A DNA stretch of 64,000 nt from Nitrospirota bacterium. GTDB taxonomy: Bacteria; Nitrospirota; Nitrospiria; 2-01-FULL-66-17. Position 1 is the stretch's first letter, and the number at the start of each line of letters is the position of its first letter. The notes under the pieces were generated by a model. That model had not been told where the DNA came from, made no database searches, and worked only from the letters and a program-made list of their open reading frames with translations. Shown here piece after piece: positions 20,325 to 31,119 of this stretch. The DNA lies in assembly GCA_049325335.1 (NCBI GenBank), contig JBMOMC010000037.1, positions 13,487 to 77,486 on the forward strand. The letters run 5' to 3'. The translations under genes were made by a program, and so were the position numbers.

Positions 20325-21340
20325 CGCCCGCATCGGATCGATCCCCGTCGACGGCGACCGGCACCGACGTCCTGTTGGAGGTCGACGGACTCGCCAAATA
20401 TTTCCCGGTGCGATCCAGTGCGCTCGGCCTGAGCCGGGCGCAGCGCGTGCACGCGGTGGACGGCGTGTCGTTTCACATCAACCGGGGTGAGGTGCTGGGC
20501 TTGGTCGGCGAATCCGGCTGCGGGAAATCCACCACCGGCCGTCTGATCCTGCGATTAATCGACCCGTCGGCCGGGTCGATTCGATTTCTCGGCGAAGACC
20601 TGCTGTCCGCGCCAGCGGCGCGGATGAAGGGGTTGCGCCGGCACCTGCAGATCGTGTTTCAGGATCCGTTTTCCTCGCTCAACCCCCGGATGCGGATCGG
20701 GACGATTCTTGAAGAACCGTTGGTGGTCCACGGACTGGGGTCTCGTACCGAACGCGCCGACGCGGTTCGCGGCATCCTGGAAAAAGTCGGGTTGTCCGCC
20801 GATGCGCTCACCAGGTATCCCCACGAGTTCAGCGGCGGCCAACGCCAACGCGTCGGCATCGCCCGCGCGCTGATTCTCAACCCGCAACTCGTGGTCGCGG
20901 ACGAACCCGTCTCGTCGCTGGACGTGTCCATCCAGGCCCAGATTATCAATTTGCTCCAAGACCTTCAGCGCGCCTATCGCCTCTCGCTCCTCTTCATCGC
21001 GCACGACTTGGTGATGGTCCGCCACATCAGCGATCGCGTGGCCGTGATGTATCTGGGGCGGATCGTGGAACTGGCGTCCTCCGACGCGTTGTTCGCGCGC
21101 CCGCGCCATCCCTACACGCAAGCACTCATCGCGGCGATCCCGACCACGGCCCCCGGCGTCGCGCCACGCGCCACGCTCCTCGACGGCGACCCGCCGAGCC
21201 CTATTAACCTCCCGACCGGATGCCGGTTCTATTCGCGCTGTCCCAAACGCATCCCCGAGTGCCGGCAGGTCGATCCCCAGTTGACGCAGATCGCCGATGG
21301 CCACTCCGTGGCGTGTATCCTGCCCGACGCGAACACCTGA
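20321..21340 (+). CDS. Oligopeptide/dipeptide ABC transporter ATPase (OppF/DppF-like)
   Basis: AVDGVSF, GESGCGKS, YPHEFSGGQRQR, ADEPVSSLD; GTGA overlap with the upstream stop. Confidence 0.92.
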   Translation: MTPASDRSPSTATGTDVLLEVDGLAKYFPVRSSALGLSRAQRVHAVDGVSFHINRGEVLGLVGESGCGKSTTGRLILRLIDPSAGSIRFLGEDLLSAPAARMKGLRRHLQIVFQDPFSSLNPRMRIGTILEEPLVVHGLGSRTERADAVRGILEKVGLSADALTRYPHEFSGGQRQRVGIARALILNPQLVVADEPVSSLDVSIQAQIINLLQDLQRAYRLSLLFIAHDLVMVRHISDRVAVMYLGRIVELASSDALFARPRHPYTQALIAAIPTTAPGVAPRATLLDGDPPSPINLPTGCRFYSRCPKRIPECRQVDPQLTQIADGHSVACILPDANT

Positions 21341-21344
21341 CGAA

Positions 21345-22358
21345 CTACGGAGAGGTCGGCGAGGTCTCGCCGCTCAAATGCATCGCGGCGTTCACGGCGG
21401 TCAACGTTTCGGCCGCGACCGCGCGCGCGCGGTCGCGGCCGATTTTGATCGCGCGGTCGATCTGGGCGGGGTCCTGCTCCAGCGCAGCGCGCCGCTCCCA
21501 GATCGGCCGCATACGACCGACCACGCCGTCGGCCAACGCCGATTTGCAGTCGATGCACCCGATCGCGGCGGTGCGGCATTCAGTATTGACCCGGTCGATG
21601 ACGGCGGCGGGAGAAAACACCTTGTGCAGGTCGAACACCGGGCACACGTCCGGATTGCCGGGATCGCTGCGCCGCTTGCGCGCGGGATCGGTCACCATCG
21701 TCTTGAGCTTCTCCCGCACGGTCGGTTCGGGGTCGGACAGGTAAATCGCGTTATTGTAGCTTTTGCTCATCTTGCGCCCGTCGGTTCCCGGCAACTTGGC
21801 CGCCGGGGTCAACAGCGCCTTGGGCTCTGGAAAGACCTCCCCGTAAATGTGATTGAAGCGGCGGGCGATCTCGCGGGTAATCTCCAGGTGCGGCAGTTGG
21901 TCCTGCCCCACCGGCACCGCGTCGGCCCGATACAGCAAGATGTCCGCGGATTGGAGCACCGGATACCCCATGAAGCCGTAACTGGTCATGTCACGGTCGG
22001 CCAATTGCTCCTGCTGTTCTTTGTACGTTGGATTGCGTTCCAGCCACGGGACCGGCACGATCATCGACAGCAGCAGGTGGAGCACCGCGTGGTCCGGGAC
22101 GGATGACTGCACGAAAACCGTGGACCGGCTCGGATCCAATCCCGCCGCGAGCCAGTCAATGAGCAGATCCCTGGTGAACGAGCGGATGCGCGTGGTCTCG
22201 GCATAGTTGGTGGACACCGCGTGCCAATCCGCCACCATGAAAAAACACTCGTGGGTATCCTGGAGCGAGACCCAGTTCGCGAGCGCACCCATGTAATTGC
22301 CGAGGTGCAACCGCCCGCTGGGCTGCATCCCGCTCAGAATCCGAGGCCGAGCCGCCAT
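21345..22358 (-). CDS. trpS: Tryptophan--tRNA ligase
   Basis: SGMQPSGRLHLGNY, YPVLQSADIL, VPVGQDQ, KMSKS. Confidence 0.97.
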   Translation of the reverse strand: MAARPRILSGMQPSGRLHLGNYMGALANWVSLQDTHECFFMVADWHAVSTNYAETTRIRSFTRDLLIDWLAAGLDPSRSTVFVQSSVPDHAVLHLLLSMIVPVPWLERNPTYKEQQEQLADRDMTSYGFMGYPVLQSADILLYRADAVPVGQDQLPHLEITREIARRFNHIYGEVFPEPKALLTPAAKLPGTDGRKMSKSYNNAIYLSDPEPTVREKLKTMVTDPARKRRSDPGNPDVCPVFDLHKVFSPAAVIDRVNTECRTAAIGCIDCKSALADGVVGRMRPIWERRAALEQDPAQIDRAIKIGRDRARAVAAETLTAVNAAMHLSGETSPTSP

Positions 22359-22452
22359 CCGCGCTCCTTGTTTGACTTCGCCATCCAACCGCCTCGCGGC
22401 GGCTTCGCCGCGCAGACTCCGCGTTCCATGGGCTCGCCGCGAACGGACACGT

Positions 22453-23154
22453 TCACAGAATCACGTTCATCAACACCGCATGGATCGAACCCAGAATCCG
22501 TTGGACCACGTGCAGCGGATCCAGAAAGACCAGCAATAGTACGATCAGCATTCCGTAGGGTTCAAGGCCCGCCACCCGGCGGGATCCCTGCTCCGGCAAC
22601 AGGCCGACCAGGACCCGACCGCCGTCGAGCGGCGGGATCGGCAACAGATTAAACAACATCAAGAACAGGTTGATGACCACGCTGTAGACCAACATCTCCG
22701 CGATCGGCTCTGCGACCTGAAACCCGGACCCTCCCCCATCGAGTCCCGAGAAACCGGGTCCGGCAACCGCGACCAACGCCCGCAGCGCCAGACTGGAGAC
22801 CACGGCCAGGCCGAGGTTGGTGAGCGGCCCCGCCGCCGCCACCCACACCATGTCCGCTTTGGGGCGACGCAGATTCATAAAATTCACGGGCACGGGTTTG
22901 GCGTAACCGAAAACCGGTCCGGGTTGCCCCGCCAACAACAGCGGACCGGCGTACAACATCAGGGGAAGGAAGATCGTACCGAACGGGTCGATGTGGGCCA
23001 GCGGGTTGAGTGTGAGCCGCCCGAGATACTTGGCGGTCGGATCGCCCTTGCGATCCGCCACGTAGCCGTGCGCGGCTTCGTGAAACGTAATGGCCAACAG
23101 GATCGGCAACGCGACCACGGATATCCCGTGGATGATCGGCGCTAGGTCGCCCAT
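22453..23154 (-). CDS. Site-2 protease (peptidase M50)
   Basis: HEAAH and NLLPIPPLDG motifs with TM segments. Confidence 0.93.
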   Translation of the reverse strand: MGDLAPIIHGISVVALPILLAITFHEAAHGYVADRKGDPTAKYLGRLTLNPLAHIDPFGTIFLPLMLYAGPLLLAGQPGPVFGYAKPVPVNFMNLRRPKADMVWVAAAGPLTNLGLAVVSSLALRALVAVAGPGFSGLDGGGSGFQVAEPIAEMLVYSVVINLFLMLFNLLPIPPLDGGRVLVGLLPEQGSRRVAGLEPYGMLIVLLLVFLDPLHVVQRILGSIHAVLMNVIL

Positions 23155-23155
23155 G

Positions 23156-25138
23156 TTACAACGCGGGGACGAACCGGCCGTTTCGAATCTGGATCCACGA
23201 GAATCGGCGTTGCGCCTCGCCGTCCGAACCGAACCCGGTCAGACCGCTGACGCCAACGTCGCCGGCCGTCTTGGTCAACTCCTCGCGCAGCCGCTCGCCG
23301 GTGGTCGCTCCGCTCTTGATCCCCCGCACCAAGGTCGCGGCGGCATCGTACGCCAGCGCCGCGAACACGTCGGGCGCGGCGCGATACCGCGCGCGGTAGA
23401 GCTTCACGAACCGCTGCACCGCCGGGTCTTGCGAGTCGACGAAAAACGCGTCGGCGAACACCGCGTCCTCGACGTGTTTGCCGCCGTTCTTGACCACCAC
23501 GCGATCGTTCCATCCGCTACTGCCCACGAGCGGCACCGCGATGTCGAAAAACCGTAGTTGCGCCGCGACCAACCCCACGGTCTCCGCGTCGCCGGGAAGA
23601 AACGCCGCGTCGAATCCCGGCACGTACACGGGTTCCTTCGGCGGCGCTGGCTCCGTGCCGGGCGCGTTGGGCGGCGCCTTCGGCGCAACGGCTTCCGCCG
23701 GCAAGGTCTCCATCCTCCCTTCTTGTTTGAGGTCCTCTTCCTTGAGCGCCTTGATCTCGCGCCCAAAATCCACGGCGCCGGGTTCATACGTCGCGGAGAC
23801 CACCACCCGTCCCTGCCGCCGCGCCACCTCGTCGGCGAACGCCGCCGCGATGTCCTGCGAATACCGGTCGCGCGGCGACAACACGACAAACCGCTTCATC
23901 CCCAAATGCTCGATCGCGTATTGCGCGGCCGCCGCGGCTTCGGCCTTCGCGGTCAGCGCGGTTCGGAATAGGTACCGATTCTGGGGCATGACGCCGGTTG
24001 CGGTGGGACTGATCGCCGGAATCTTCCACGAGGACGCGCGGGACGTCACCGCCATGGCCTCCCGGCTCAACACCGGCCCGAGGATGCCCACGCACCGAAC
24101 CTCCCGACAGGTCTCGTCCAACACCGCGCCCAGCCGGGTCGCGTCTCCGCCGTAGTCCCGGGCGGCCAACGCCACCGGCAACTCCGATCCGGCGCCGCGC
24201 TCCACGTCGATCGCCAATTGCGCGCCGCGCAGGATACTGGTGGCGTACGGTTGCAGCGCGCCCTGGTATGGGAGCGGCGCCACGATCACGTACTTGGCTG
24301 CGCGCAGGCGGGCCCGGTTCGCCTCGACGGTTTGACGCGCCTCCGCGGCCGATTCGTGGGCGGGAAACGCGGCCAACAACGCCTTGAGCACCCGATCCTG
24401 ATCAAACAGATCACCCGAGGCGCCGTAGAGTTGCCCCGCGCGAACCAGCGCCGCGTCGGCCGGAAATCGTCCCGCGAACGCCGCGGCCACGTCCTCGAGT
24501 TGACGCGGATCATCGGCTTTCGCCACCACCTCGCGGACGCGCGCGTCGAGTGCGGTCCGGGCGTCCCCTTCCTCCGTCAACACGCGCGCGTCCATGAGCC
24601 ACGTGACTGCGCGCGGAAGATCTCGGCTGTCCGCGGCCAAGGTGCTCAACGCGTCATAGGCGTGCCGACGCAGTTCGGGCGCCGCGTCAGAAGCCGCCAC
24701 CGCGGAGAGCGCTATCTCGGCCTGCCGACGATTTCCCGCGCCCGCGTACGCCAACCCCAGATCCAGTCGAGCGCGATCCGCGTAGTCGCTGTCCGGCGCC
24801 TTGTCCACGACCTCGGCCAACAACGCGACGGCCTGCGGGTATTCTCGGTCATTGAGGTGAAGGCGGCCCCGGATGGTCAACGCTTCCGCCCGAAACCCGC
24901 TGACCGGATAGGCCTGCAGAAAGCGATCAAGCTGGGCCGCGCCGTCGATCAGATCGCCGGCGTCCAACGCGGCTTTGGCCCGCGTAAACGCGCTGCGCTC
25001 CTGGGAAGTGGGCGGCGGGGTGACGCCCTGCGCCGAACTCGGAAGGCCGGTGATAAGATGGAGGGCCGCCACGAGCCCGAACATACCGAAACTCACGGCG
25101 GCCCGACGGTGGAAACCCGTCACGACAGGAGTCTTCAA
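23156..25138 (-). CDS. TPR plus periplasmic-binding-fold protein (LpoA-like PBP activator)
   Basis: Signal peptide, N-terminal BamD/TPR-like helices, C-terminal type-1 PBP fold (GILGPV, ALAYDAA). Confidence 0.75.
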   Translation of the reverse strand: MKTPVVTGFHRRAAVSFGMFGLVAALHLITGLPSSAQGVTPPPTSQERSAFTRAKAALDAGDLIDGAAQLDRFLQAYPVSGFRAEALTIRGRLHLNDREYPQAVALLAEVVDKAPDSDYADRARLDLGLAYAGAGNRRQAEIALSAVAASDAAPELRRHAYDALSTLAADSRDLPRAVTWLMDARVLTEEGDARTALDARVREVVAKADDPRQLEDVAAAFAGRFPADAALVRAGQLYGASGDLFDQDRVLKALLAAFPAHESAAEARQTVEANRARLRAAKYVIVAPLPYQGALQPYATSILRGAQLAIDVERGAGSELPVALAARDYGGDATRLGAVLDETCREVRCVGILGPVLSREAMAVTSRASSWKIPAISPTATGVMPQNRYLFRTALTAKAEAAAAAQYAIEHLGMKRFVVLSPRDRYSQDIAAAFADEVARRQGRVVVSATYEPGAVDFGREIKALKEEDLKQEGRMETLPAEAVAPKAPPNAPGTEPAPPKEPVYVPGFDAAFLPGDAETVGLVAAQLRFFDIAVPLVGSSGWNDRVVVKNGGKHVEDAVFADAFFVDSQDPAVQRFVKLYRARYRAAPDVFAALAYDAAATLVRGIKSGATTGERLREELTKTAGDVGVSGLTGFGSDGEAQRRFSWIQIRNGRFVPAL

Positions 25139-25232
25139 TCCTCTCTAATCGCGGCGTCAAACCCACGCCGGAGTGTGGTGAGGGTTATACGAGAACCTCC
25201 ACTCAAAATCAAGGCGCCCGGCGCGGAGGCAA

Positions 25233-25261
25233 TTGACACCGGCCGCACCCTACGTTACTGT
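25233..25261 (+). promoter_or_regulatory. Sigma70-type promoter of the amidase-truA unit
   Basis: TTGACA-N17-TACTGT ending 9 nt before ATG 25271. Confidence 0.55.
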
Positions 25262-25270
25262 TCGGGCCAA

Positions 25271-26332
25271 ATGTCGCGCCGAATTCTTGTGCGACGATGC
25301 GTGGTCTGGCTGGCCTGGCTCGGCGCGTGCGGGATGGTTCCCGACGCGTCCGCCGCGGCCACCGCCGAGGCGTTGATGCGGACGGCCGCGGCCTGCGACC
25401 AGCGACTCCACGCGTCGGAACAACTCCAACGCCTTCGGTCCTCCTGGCAACGCTGCATCAAGCGGTACGCGGACGTGGTCGCGGCGGGCGGCAGGACGGC
25501 AGACGCCCATGCCGCGCTCACCCGGCAAGCCGACCTGGCGCGGGAGCTCGCGCGGCGGTCGCAACGACGCGACGATTCGCGGGAAGCGGACCGCCTGCGC
25601 GAACTCCTCCGGCGCGCGCGCGCGGCCGAGGCCCCGACCTCGGTCCGGGTGGTGATCGACCCCGGTCACGGCGGCAAGGACCCGGGCACCATCAGCGCCC
25701 GCGGCGTCCAAGAAAAGGACGTCGTGCTCGACGTCGCGATTCGTCTCCGCAAACTGTTGGAACCCCACGACCGGGTCACGCCCTTGTTGACCCGCCGCGG
25801 GGACGAATTCGTCTCGCTGGAAGATCGCGCCGCGTTCGTACGAACGCGGGAAGCCGACCTGTTCGTCTCCATCCACGCGAACTCCAGTCCGCGGCGCGAG
25901 GCCAGGGGCTTGGAGGTCTACGTGGTAGGGCACGCCAGCGACGCCGACGCCGACGCCACCGCGGCCAGGGAGAACGACGTACCGGGACGCGGCACCGCGG
26001 ACGTCGGCGCCTTGGTCCAAGACATGCTCGGCGACCTCTCGAACAGTAAACGCGACGAACGTTCGCTCGAGTTGGCGCACAGGCTTCAACAAACCATGGT
26101 CCAGCGGGTCGGACGGGACTACGATATCGTGGATCTCGGGATCAAACGCGCGCCGTTTTACGTACTGCTCCATTCCGGCGTGCCAAGCATCCTGTCGGAG
26201 TTGGCGTTCCTGAGCAACCCGGACGACGCCACCCGCCTCACGCAACCGACGTTTCGTCAACGCATCGCCGACGCGCTTGCAGCCGGCATCCTGGACTTCG
26301 CCGCGTCCACGGTGCTCGCGCAATCGAACTGA
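25271..26332 (+). CDS. N-acetylmuramoyl-L-alanine amidase (Amidase_3)
   Basis: VVIDPGHGGKDPG, EKDVVL, LFVSIHANS, PSILSELAFLSN; signal peptide from ATG 25271. Confidence 0.92.
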   Translation: MSRRILVRRCVVWLAWLGACGMVPDASAAATAEALMRTAAACDQRLHASEQLQRLRSSWQRCIKRYADVVAAGGRTADAHAALTRQADLARELARRSQRRDDSREADRLRELLRRARAAEAPTSVRVVIDPGHGGKDPGTISARGVQEKDVVLDVAIRLRKLLEPHDRVTPLLTRRGDEFVSLEDRAAFVRTREADLFVSIHANSSPRREARGLEVYVVGHASDADADATAARENDVPGRGTADVGALVQDMLGDLSNSKRDERSLELAHRLQQTMVQRVGRDYDIVDLGIKRAPFYVLLHSGVPSILSELAFLSNPDDATRLTQPTFRQRIADALAAGILDFAASTVLAQSN

Positions 26333-26345
26333 CCTCGCCGTTCAC

Positions 26346-27128
26346 ATGCCGGTGCTGCGTTTGGTCATTGAATACGACGGGACCAACTACCACGGCTGGC
26401 AACGACAAGCCGTGGCCGCGACCATTCAAGGGACGATCGAGGCGGCAATCGCGCGCATCGGCGGCAAACGCGCCGTCGTCACGGGCGCGGGTCGCACCGA
26501 CGCGGGCGTCCACGCCGAAGCCCAGGTCGCGCACGTGCAGACCCGGGCCGCGCTCGACCCCGCAACTTGGCGGCGCGCGCTCAACGCGGTGCTGCCCGAT
26601 GACGTCAAGGTCCGCTCCGTCGAATACGCGCCGCCCGGGTTCCACGCCCGGTTCTCCGCGGTCGGCAAACGGTATCGGTATCGCCTGCTCAACCGCCCGA
26701 CGCCTTCGCCTCTTGAGCGGCGCACGGCCTGGCACGTCCCGCAACCGCTGAACCTGGTCGCGATGCGGCGCGCGGCCTCGGCGCTCATCGGCCGCCGCGA
26801 TTTTCGGACATTCCAAGGCGCCGACTCCGCGCACGGCGAGGGCCATGACACGGTCTGCACCCTCTCGCGCTGCGCGATCCGAATGCGGGGCGAGATCGTC
26901 GCCATCGAGGTTGACGGCGATCGATTCCTCAAATACATGGTGCGCAACATCGTAGGCACGCTGGTGGAAATCGGGCTCGGTCGGAGGGCGGCCAGCGGAA
27001 TGTCTGATCTCTTAGCCTCGGGCGATCGGCGCCTAGCTGGGATCACCGCCCCCGCTCACGGTTTAACGTTGGTAGAGGTCTACTACGAGCGCCCGCGTCC
27101 CCGCGCGCACCGCAGCGCCCGGCGGTGA
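26346..27128 (+). CDS. truA: tRNA pseudouridine(38-40) synthase
   Basis: IEYDGTNYHGWQ, AGRTDAGVHA, FHARFS, FLKYMVRNIVG, TAPAHGL. Confidence 0.97.
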   Translation: MPVLRLVIEYDGTNYHGWQRQAVAATIQGTIEAAIARIGGKRAVVTGAGRTDAGVHAEAQVAHVQTRAALDPATWRRALNAVLPDDVKVRSVEYAPPGFHARFSAVGKRYRYRLLNRPTPSPLERRTAWHVPQPLNLVAMRRAASALIGRRDFRTFQGADSAHGEGHDTVCTLSRCAIRMRGEIVAIEVDGDRFLKYMVRNIVGTLVEIGLGRRAASGMSDLLASGDRRLAGITAPAHGLTLVEVYYERPRPRAHRSARR

Positions 27129-27143
27129 CCCGGTCGCTCCTTG

Positions 27144-27629
27144 TTATCGACCGTTGGCTTGGAAAGTGTACCGGATGATCGCTTCGCGGTCCGCGGCGGC
27201 AAGATCGGAAAACGTGACCGCGATCTCGTAGAACGCGCCGGACGGGCGCGCCAACAGCCGCTGACGCACCACTTCCCCGACCGCGCGAATGGAGACCGGC
27301 GCTTCGCCGGGCAACACCAGCGCCAGGTCCAAATATTGTCCCTCGTCGATCGGGTCTCCACTCGAAAACCGCACGCCGGACCCGCTCAGGTTAATGCGTT
27401 GAGGCTGAAGCGCCGGCGTCTGTTCGCCCGATTCCAGCCGGGCCAGCAACCGATCCACCTTGCGCTCGATCCGATCCAACGCCGCGCGAACCGGGTCGTC
27501 CTCGAGATGGAACGCCTCCCGCTCGGTCTGCGTGATCGACTGCACGCCGCCCCGCCCGACCGGCTTAAACCCGAAGGGGATGAGCACGTCCACGCGGCGA
27601 TACAGCCGCTTGTCTTCTTTAGTGTCCAT
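27144..27629 (-). CDS. PilZ domain protein
   Basis: KRLYRR (RxxxR) and INLSGSG (D/NxSxxG). Confidence 0.8.
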   Translation of the reverse strand: MDTKEDKRLYRRVDVLIPFGFKPVGRGGVQSITQTEREAFHLEDDPVRAALDRIERKVDRLLARLESGEQTPALQPQRINLSGSGVRFSSGDPIDEGQYLDLALVLPGEAPVSIRAVGEVVRQRLLARPSGAFYEIAVTFSDLAAADREAIIRYTFQANGR

Positions 27630-29022
27630 ACGCTCTGGCCTCCGGATTCTGCACGTCCGCCGACGCGTCGACGGCCGGCAACCGCACCGTGAACACGGTC
27701 CGCCCGGGCCGCGTCTGCACGTTGATCTCGCCCCGGTGCGCGCGGATCATCCCGTAACACAACGAGAGCCCCAAGCCCGTGCCGCGCCCCACTTCTTTGG
27801 TCGTAAAAAACGGGTCGAAGATCTTCGACAGATTCTCGTTCGATATCCCGTGGCCCGAATCCGCCACCTCCACTTCCACGGCGCGCGCAACGGAGCGGGT
27901 GCGCACTTCCAGGGTCCCGCGCTCGCTCATCGCGTCGTACCCGTTGTTGATCAGGTTCACCAGCACCTGAGCCAGCTGTCCCGCGTCTCCGAACACCCAC
28001 TGCGGCGTCGGCTCCGTCTCGGTGCGCACCTCGATTTCGGGGCGCGTCACGCGTTGGGGCAGGATCGACGTGACGTCGGAGACGATGCGGTTACAGTCCA
28101 CCACCGCCAGATCAAGCGGCTGGGGCCTGGAGAACCGCAAGAGGCTCTCGACAATGCCTTTGGCCGCATTCGCGCCCTCCGCCATCGCGGTCATCACGCG
28201 CCGCTCTTCCGCGTCGCGCAACGTCTCCTTGAGCAGGTGCGAGTAGGCCACTAAGGGGACCAGTTTGTTGTTGAGTTCGTGCGCGACGCCCGCCACCAAC
28301 GTCCCCAGCGCGGCGAGTTTTTCCTGCTGGAACGCTTGGCGCTGCGCGGCCTCGATTTCCCGGGTTTTGGCGTGCACCTTGGATTCGAGCGAGTGGTTGA
28401 GGTTCGCCAACTCGGCGCGCACGCTCGCGAACGCGAGGAGGTGCCCCACCACGGTCGCGAGCACGGCAAACACCGCCTCGTGGTCCTTACTGAAAAACCC
28501 CTTGTCCGGGTGACTCAAATTCAGCACGCCGATCACCTGATCCCCGGAAAACAACGGGAAGCAGAGCAACGAGCGGACCGCGGGCGAGCGAGCGAGAAAC
28601 CGCGCGTCGCGGCGGGTGTCGTTGACCCGCACCGGCCGCGCCTCGCGCGCCACCATCCCCGCGATCCCTTCGCCGATCGCAAAGGACCGCCGGGGCTCGC
28701 TCGAGGCCCCGGACGCGGCGCCGGATCCTGACACGTTCAACAGCCGCTCGCGCCGCCGATCCAGGAGCATCACGGAACACGAGTGCAGCCCCAGTTCCTC
28801 GGTCAGCACCGTCACCACCCCGTCCCCGATCGACGCGAGGTCGAACACCCCGGAGAGCGTTCGTGCCAAGCGCTGGACGATCGCGAGCGCAGCGGCGAGA
28901 TCGGGCGGTTCGGCCCGCGCCGCGCGCGCGGCGCGGGCGGTCGGTTCCGCGGTCCGATGCGCGCGTTGGGAACTCGATGAACGGCCGTCGGACGCGGCGG
29001 GCGTGCGCGGAGGATGAGTCAT
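27619..29022 (-). CDS. Cytoplasmic GAF-domain sensor histidine kinase
   Basis: GAF ([22 protein letters not shown]), H-box [40 protein letters not shown] overlap with the hydratase stop. Confidence 0.92.
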   Translation of the reverse strand: MTHPPRTPAASDGRSSSSQRAHRTAEPTARAARAARAEPPDLAAALAIVQRLARTLSGVFDLASIGDGVVTVLTEELGLHSCSVMLLDRRRERLLNVSGSGAASGASSEPRRSFAIGEGIAGMVAREARPVRVNDTRRDARFLARSPAVRSLLCFPLFSGDQVIGVLNLSHPDKGFFSKDHEAVFAVLATVVGHLLAFASVRAELANLNHSLESKVHAKTREIEAAQRQAFQQEKLAALGTLVAGVAHELNNKLVPLVAYSHLLKETLRDAEERRVMTAMAEGANAAKGIVESLLRFSRPQPLDLAVVDCNRIVSDVTSILPQRVTRPEIEVRTETEPTPQWVFGDAGQLAQVLVNLINNGYDAMSERGTLEVRTRSVARAVEVEVADSGHGISNENLSKIFDPFFTTKEVGRGTGLGLSLCYGMIRAHRGEINVQTRPGRTVFTVRLPAVDASADVQNPEARAYGH

Positions 29023-29801
29023 CGGTCGAGAAACTTGGGCTGTCGTTTTTCGAGAAACGCGGTCACGCCCTCGCGTTTGTCCGCGCTCTCGCACACCTGG
29101 CCGAACAGTTCGGACTCGAGCGCCTGGCCGTCGGCCAGGGACCGCCCGATGCCCTCGCGGATCGCGCGCATCGCGGCGCGAACCGCCACCGCGCTTTTGC
29201 CCGCGATTTTCTTGGCGAGCCCCTGCGCCTGCTTGACCACCTCACCGTCCGGCACCACCTTGTTCACCAAGCCGATCGCCTTGGCCTCGGTTCCGGGAAT
29301 CTTGTCCCCGGTGAGAATCAACTCGATCGCTTTGGCTTGCCCAACCAGACGCACCAATCGCTGCGTCCCACCGAAGCCGGGGATGATGCCCAAGTCAATT
29401 TCGGGTTGTCCCATGCGCACGCGTTCGCCCGCCACGCGCAGGTGGCAGGCCATGGCCAACTCCATGCCGCCGCCCAGGCAGAACAGGCCGTTGATCGCGG
29501 CGATCACCGGCTTGTCCATCCGTTCGATCTGGTCGAAGATGCGTTGGCCGCGCGCCGTGAGTTCGCGGCCTTTCGCGGCGTCCGCGATCCCCGCCACTTC
29601 CTGGATGTCCGCCCCGGAAATGAAGAGTTGCCCCGCCCCCGTGAACACCACGGCCTTCACGGCCTGATCCGCGGCCAGTTCGCGAAAGACGTCCTCGATT
29701 TCCGTCATCACCGGACTGCTCAACGCATTGGCCGGCGGGTTGCTAAACGTCACCGTCGCGACGCGATCCTCGGTGGTCACCGTCAGATACTGCCGTGGCA
29801 T
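29019..29801 (-). CDS. Enoyl-CoA hydratase/isomerase
   Basis: PPANAL, FISGADI, LGGGMELA, GQPEIDLGIIPGFGGTQRL. Confidence 0.93.
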   Translation of the reverse strand: MPRQYLTVTTEDRVATVTFSNPPANALSSPVMTEIEDVFRELAADQAVKAVVFTGAGQLFISGADIQEVAGIADAAKGRELTARGQRIFDQIERMDKPVIAAINGLFCLGGGMELAMACHLRVAGERVRMGQPEIDLGIIPGFGGTQRLVRLVGQAKAIELILTGDKIPGTEAKAIGLVNKVVPDGEVVKQAQGLAKKIAGKSAVAVRAAMRAIREGIGRSLADGQALESELFGQVCESADKREGVTAFLEKRQPKFLDR

Positions 29802-29821
29802 GCGACTCCTCCTTGAGTCCC

Positions 29822-31054
29822 TCAATACGTGAAAAATCCTCGCTTGGCCTTGACGCCCAAAAAGCCCGCGGCCACCATGCGTTTGAGCATCGGGGCGGGC
29901 CAGAACCGGGGGCCGATCGCGCGGGTCAATCGCTCCATTTCATTGAGCACCACGTCCAACCCGACGTGGTCGGCGTAATGCAGGGGTCCGCCCTTGTCCT
30001 GCGGAAACCCGGTCCCCGCCATCATGGCCACGTCGATGTCCGAAGCCGTGGCCACGCCCTCCTGAAGGCAGATCACGGCTTCGTTGATCAACGGCAGCAA
30101 CACGCGGTTGGGCGTGCACTCGGTCCCGCGAATCCCGGTCTGCTTCTGCACGTCCGCGAGGAGCCGCGACAACGCGCCGGCGTCGTTGCGCTCGTCGTAT
30201 GCGAAGATGCCCGCGCCGGACTTGGCGCCCATGCGCCCGGCCTTGACCATCGCCGCCAACATCGCGGCGGGCGTCATGCGCGGCCCGAACGAATCGTACA
30301 ACACGTCCGCGACCTTGGCCGCCACATCGAGGCCGATCATGTCGGTCAGCGCGAACGGTCCCATGGGCATGCCCAACGCGACCAAGGCCGCGTCCAGGCG
30401 TTTGGCTTCGTCGAGCGCGGCTTCGGGCTTTTCGATCTCCTGTAGCGCCATGGCCGCTTCGTTGAGATACGGCATCAACAGGCGGTTCACCAGAAACCCC
30501 GCGCACTCCTGCACGCGCACCGGAATCTTGCGCAGGCTTTCCGCGAACGCGACCGCGTCATCCACGGTTTCCGACGACGTCGCCATCCCGGGGATGACTT
30601 CAACCAGCTTCATCACGTGCGCCGGGTTGAAGAAATGGATGCCCACCACCTTTTCCGGGTGTTTGCGGCCCGCCGCGAGCGCGGAAATGGGCAAGGACGA
30701 CGTGTTGGTCGCGAGGATCGCGTTGTCCGGGCAGGCGGCCTCGGCCTCCGCGAACACGCGCCGTTTGATGGCCATATCCTCGAATACCGCCTCGATGACC
30801 AGGTCCACGTCGCCGAAGCCCGCGTAGTCCACGGCCCCCGAGACGAGCGCCATCTTCTGCTCCATCTCGTGCGCGGTCATCTTGCCCTTGTCCACGCGGC
30901 TCTGGTAGATCTTGCGGACCATGGACAACCCGCGTTCGACCGAATCGGGTTTGATGTCCTTGAGGATCACGGGCAACCCCGAATACGAGATGGTCTGAGC
31001 AATTTGCGCGCCCATGGTTCCCGCGCCGATCACCGCCGCCTTATAGATGTACAT
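29822..31054 (-). CDS. 3-hydroxyacyl-CoA dehydrogenase (FadB C-terminal-half type, two C-domains)
   Basis: VIGAGTMG, VIEAVFE, ATNTSSL, HFFNP, GFLVNRLL, second C-domain ASDIDVAM..GTGFP. Confidence 0.93.
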   Translation of the reverse strand: MYIYKAAVIGAGTMGAQIAQTISYSGLPVILKDIKPDSVERGLSMVRKIYQSRVDKGKMTAHEMEQKMALVSGAVDYAGFGDVDLVIEAVFEDMAIKRRVFAEAEAACPDNAILATNTSSLPISALAAGRKHPEKVVGIHFFNPAHVMKLVEVIPGMATSSETVDDAVAFAESLRKIPVRVQECAGFLVNRLLMPYLNEAAMALQEIEKPEAALDEAKRLDAALVALGMPMGPFALTDMIGLDVAAKVADVLYDSFGPRMTPAAMLAAMVKAGRMGAKSGAGIFAYDERNDAGALSRLLADVQKQTGIRGTECTPNRVLLPLINEAVICLQEGVATASDIDVAMMAGTGFPQDKGGPLHYADHVGLDVVLNEMERLTRAIGPRFWPAPMLKRMVAAGFLGVKAKRGFFTY

Positions 31055-31119
31055 ATCGCCTCCTCATCTGAATGCCCCGCAACCGGTTACCTGGCGAACC
31101 GGCCCACAACGTTCCGACG

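Noticed and set aside
24218..25270. 704-aa version of the amidase ORF
   Set aside because: The extension is antisense to the LpoA-like gene; promoter and signal peptide point to ATG 25271.
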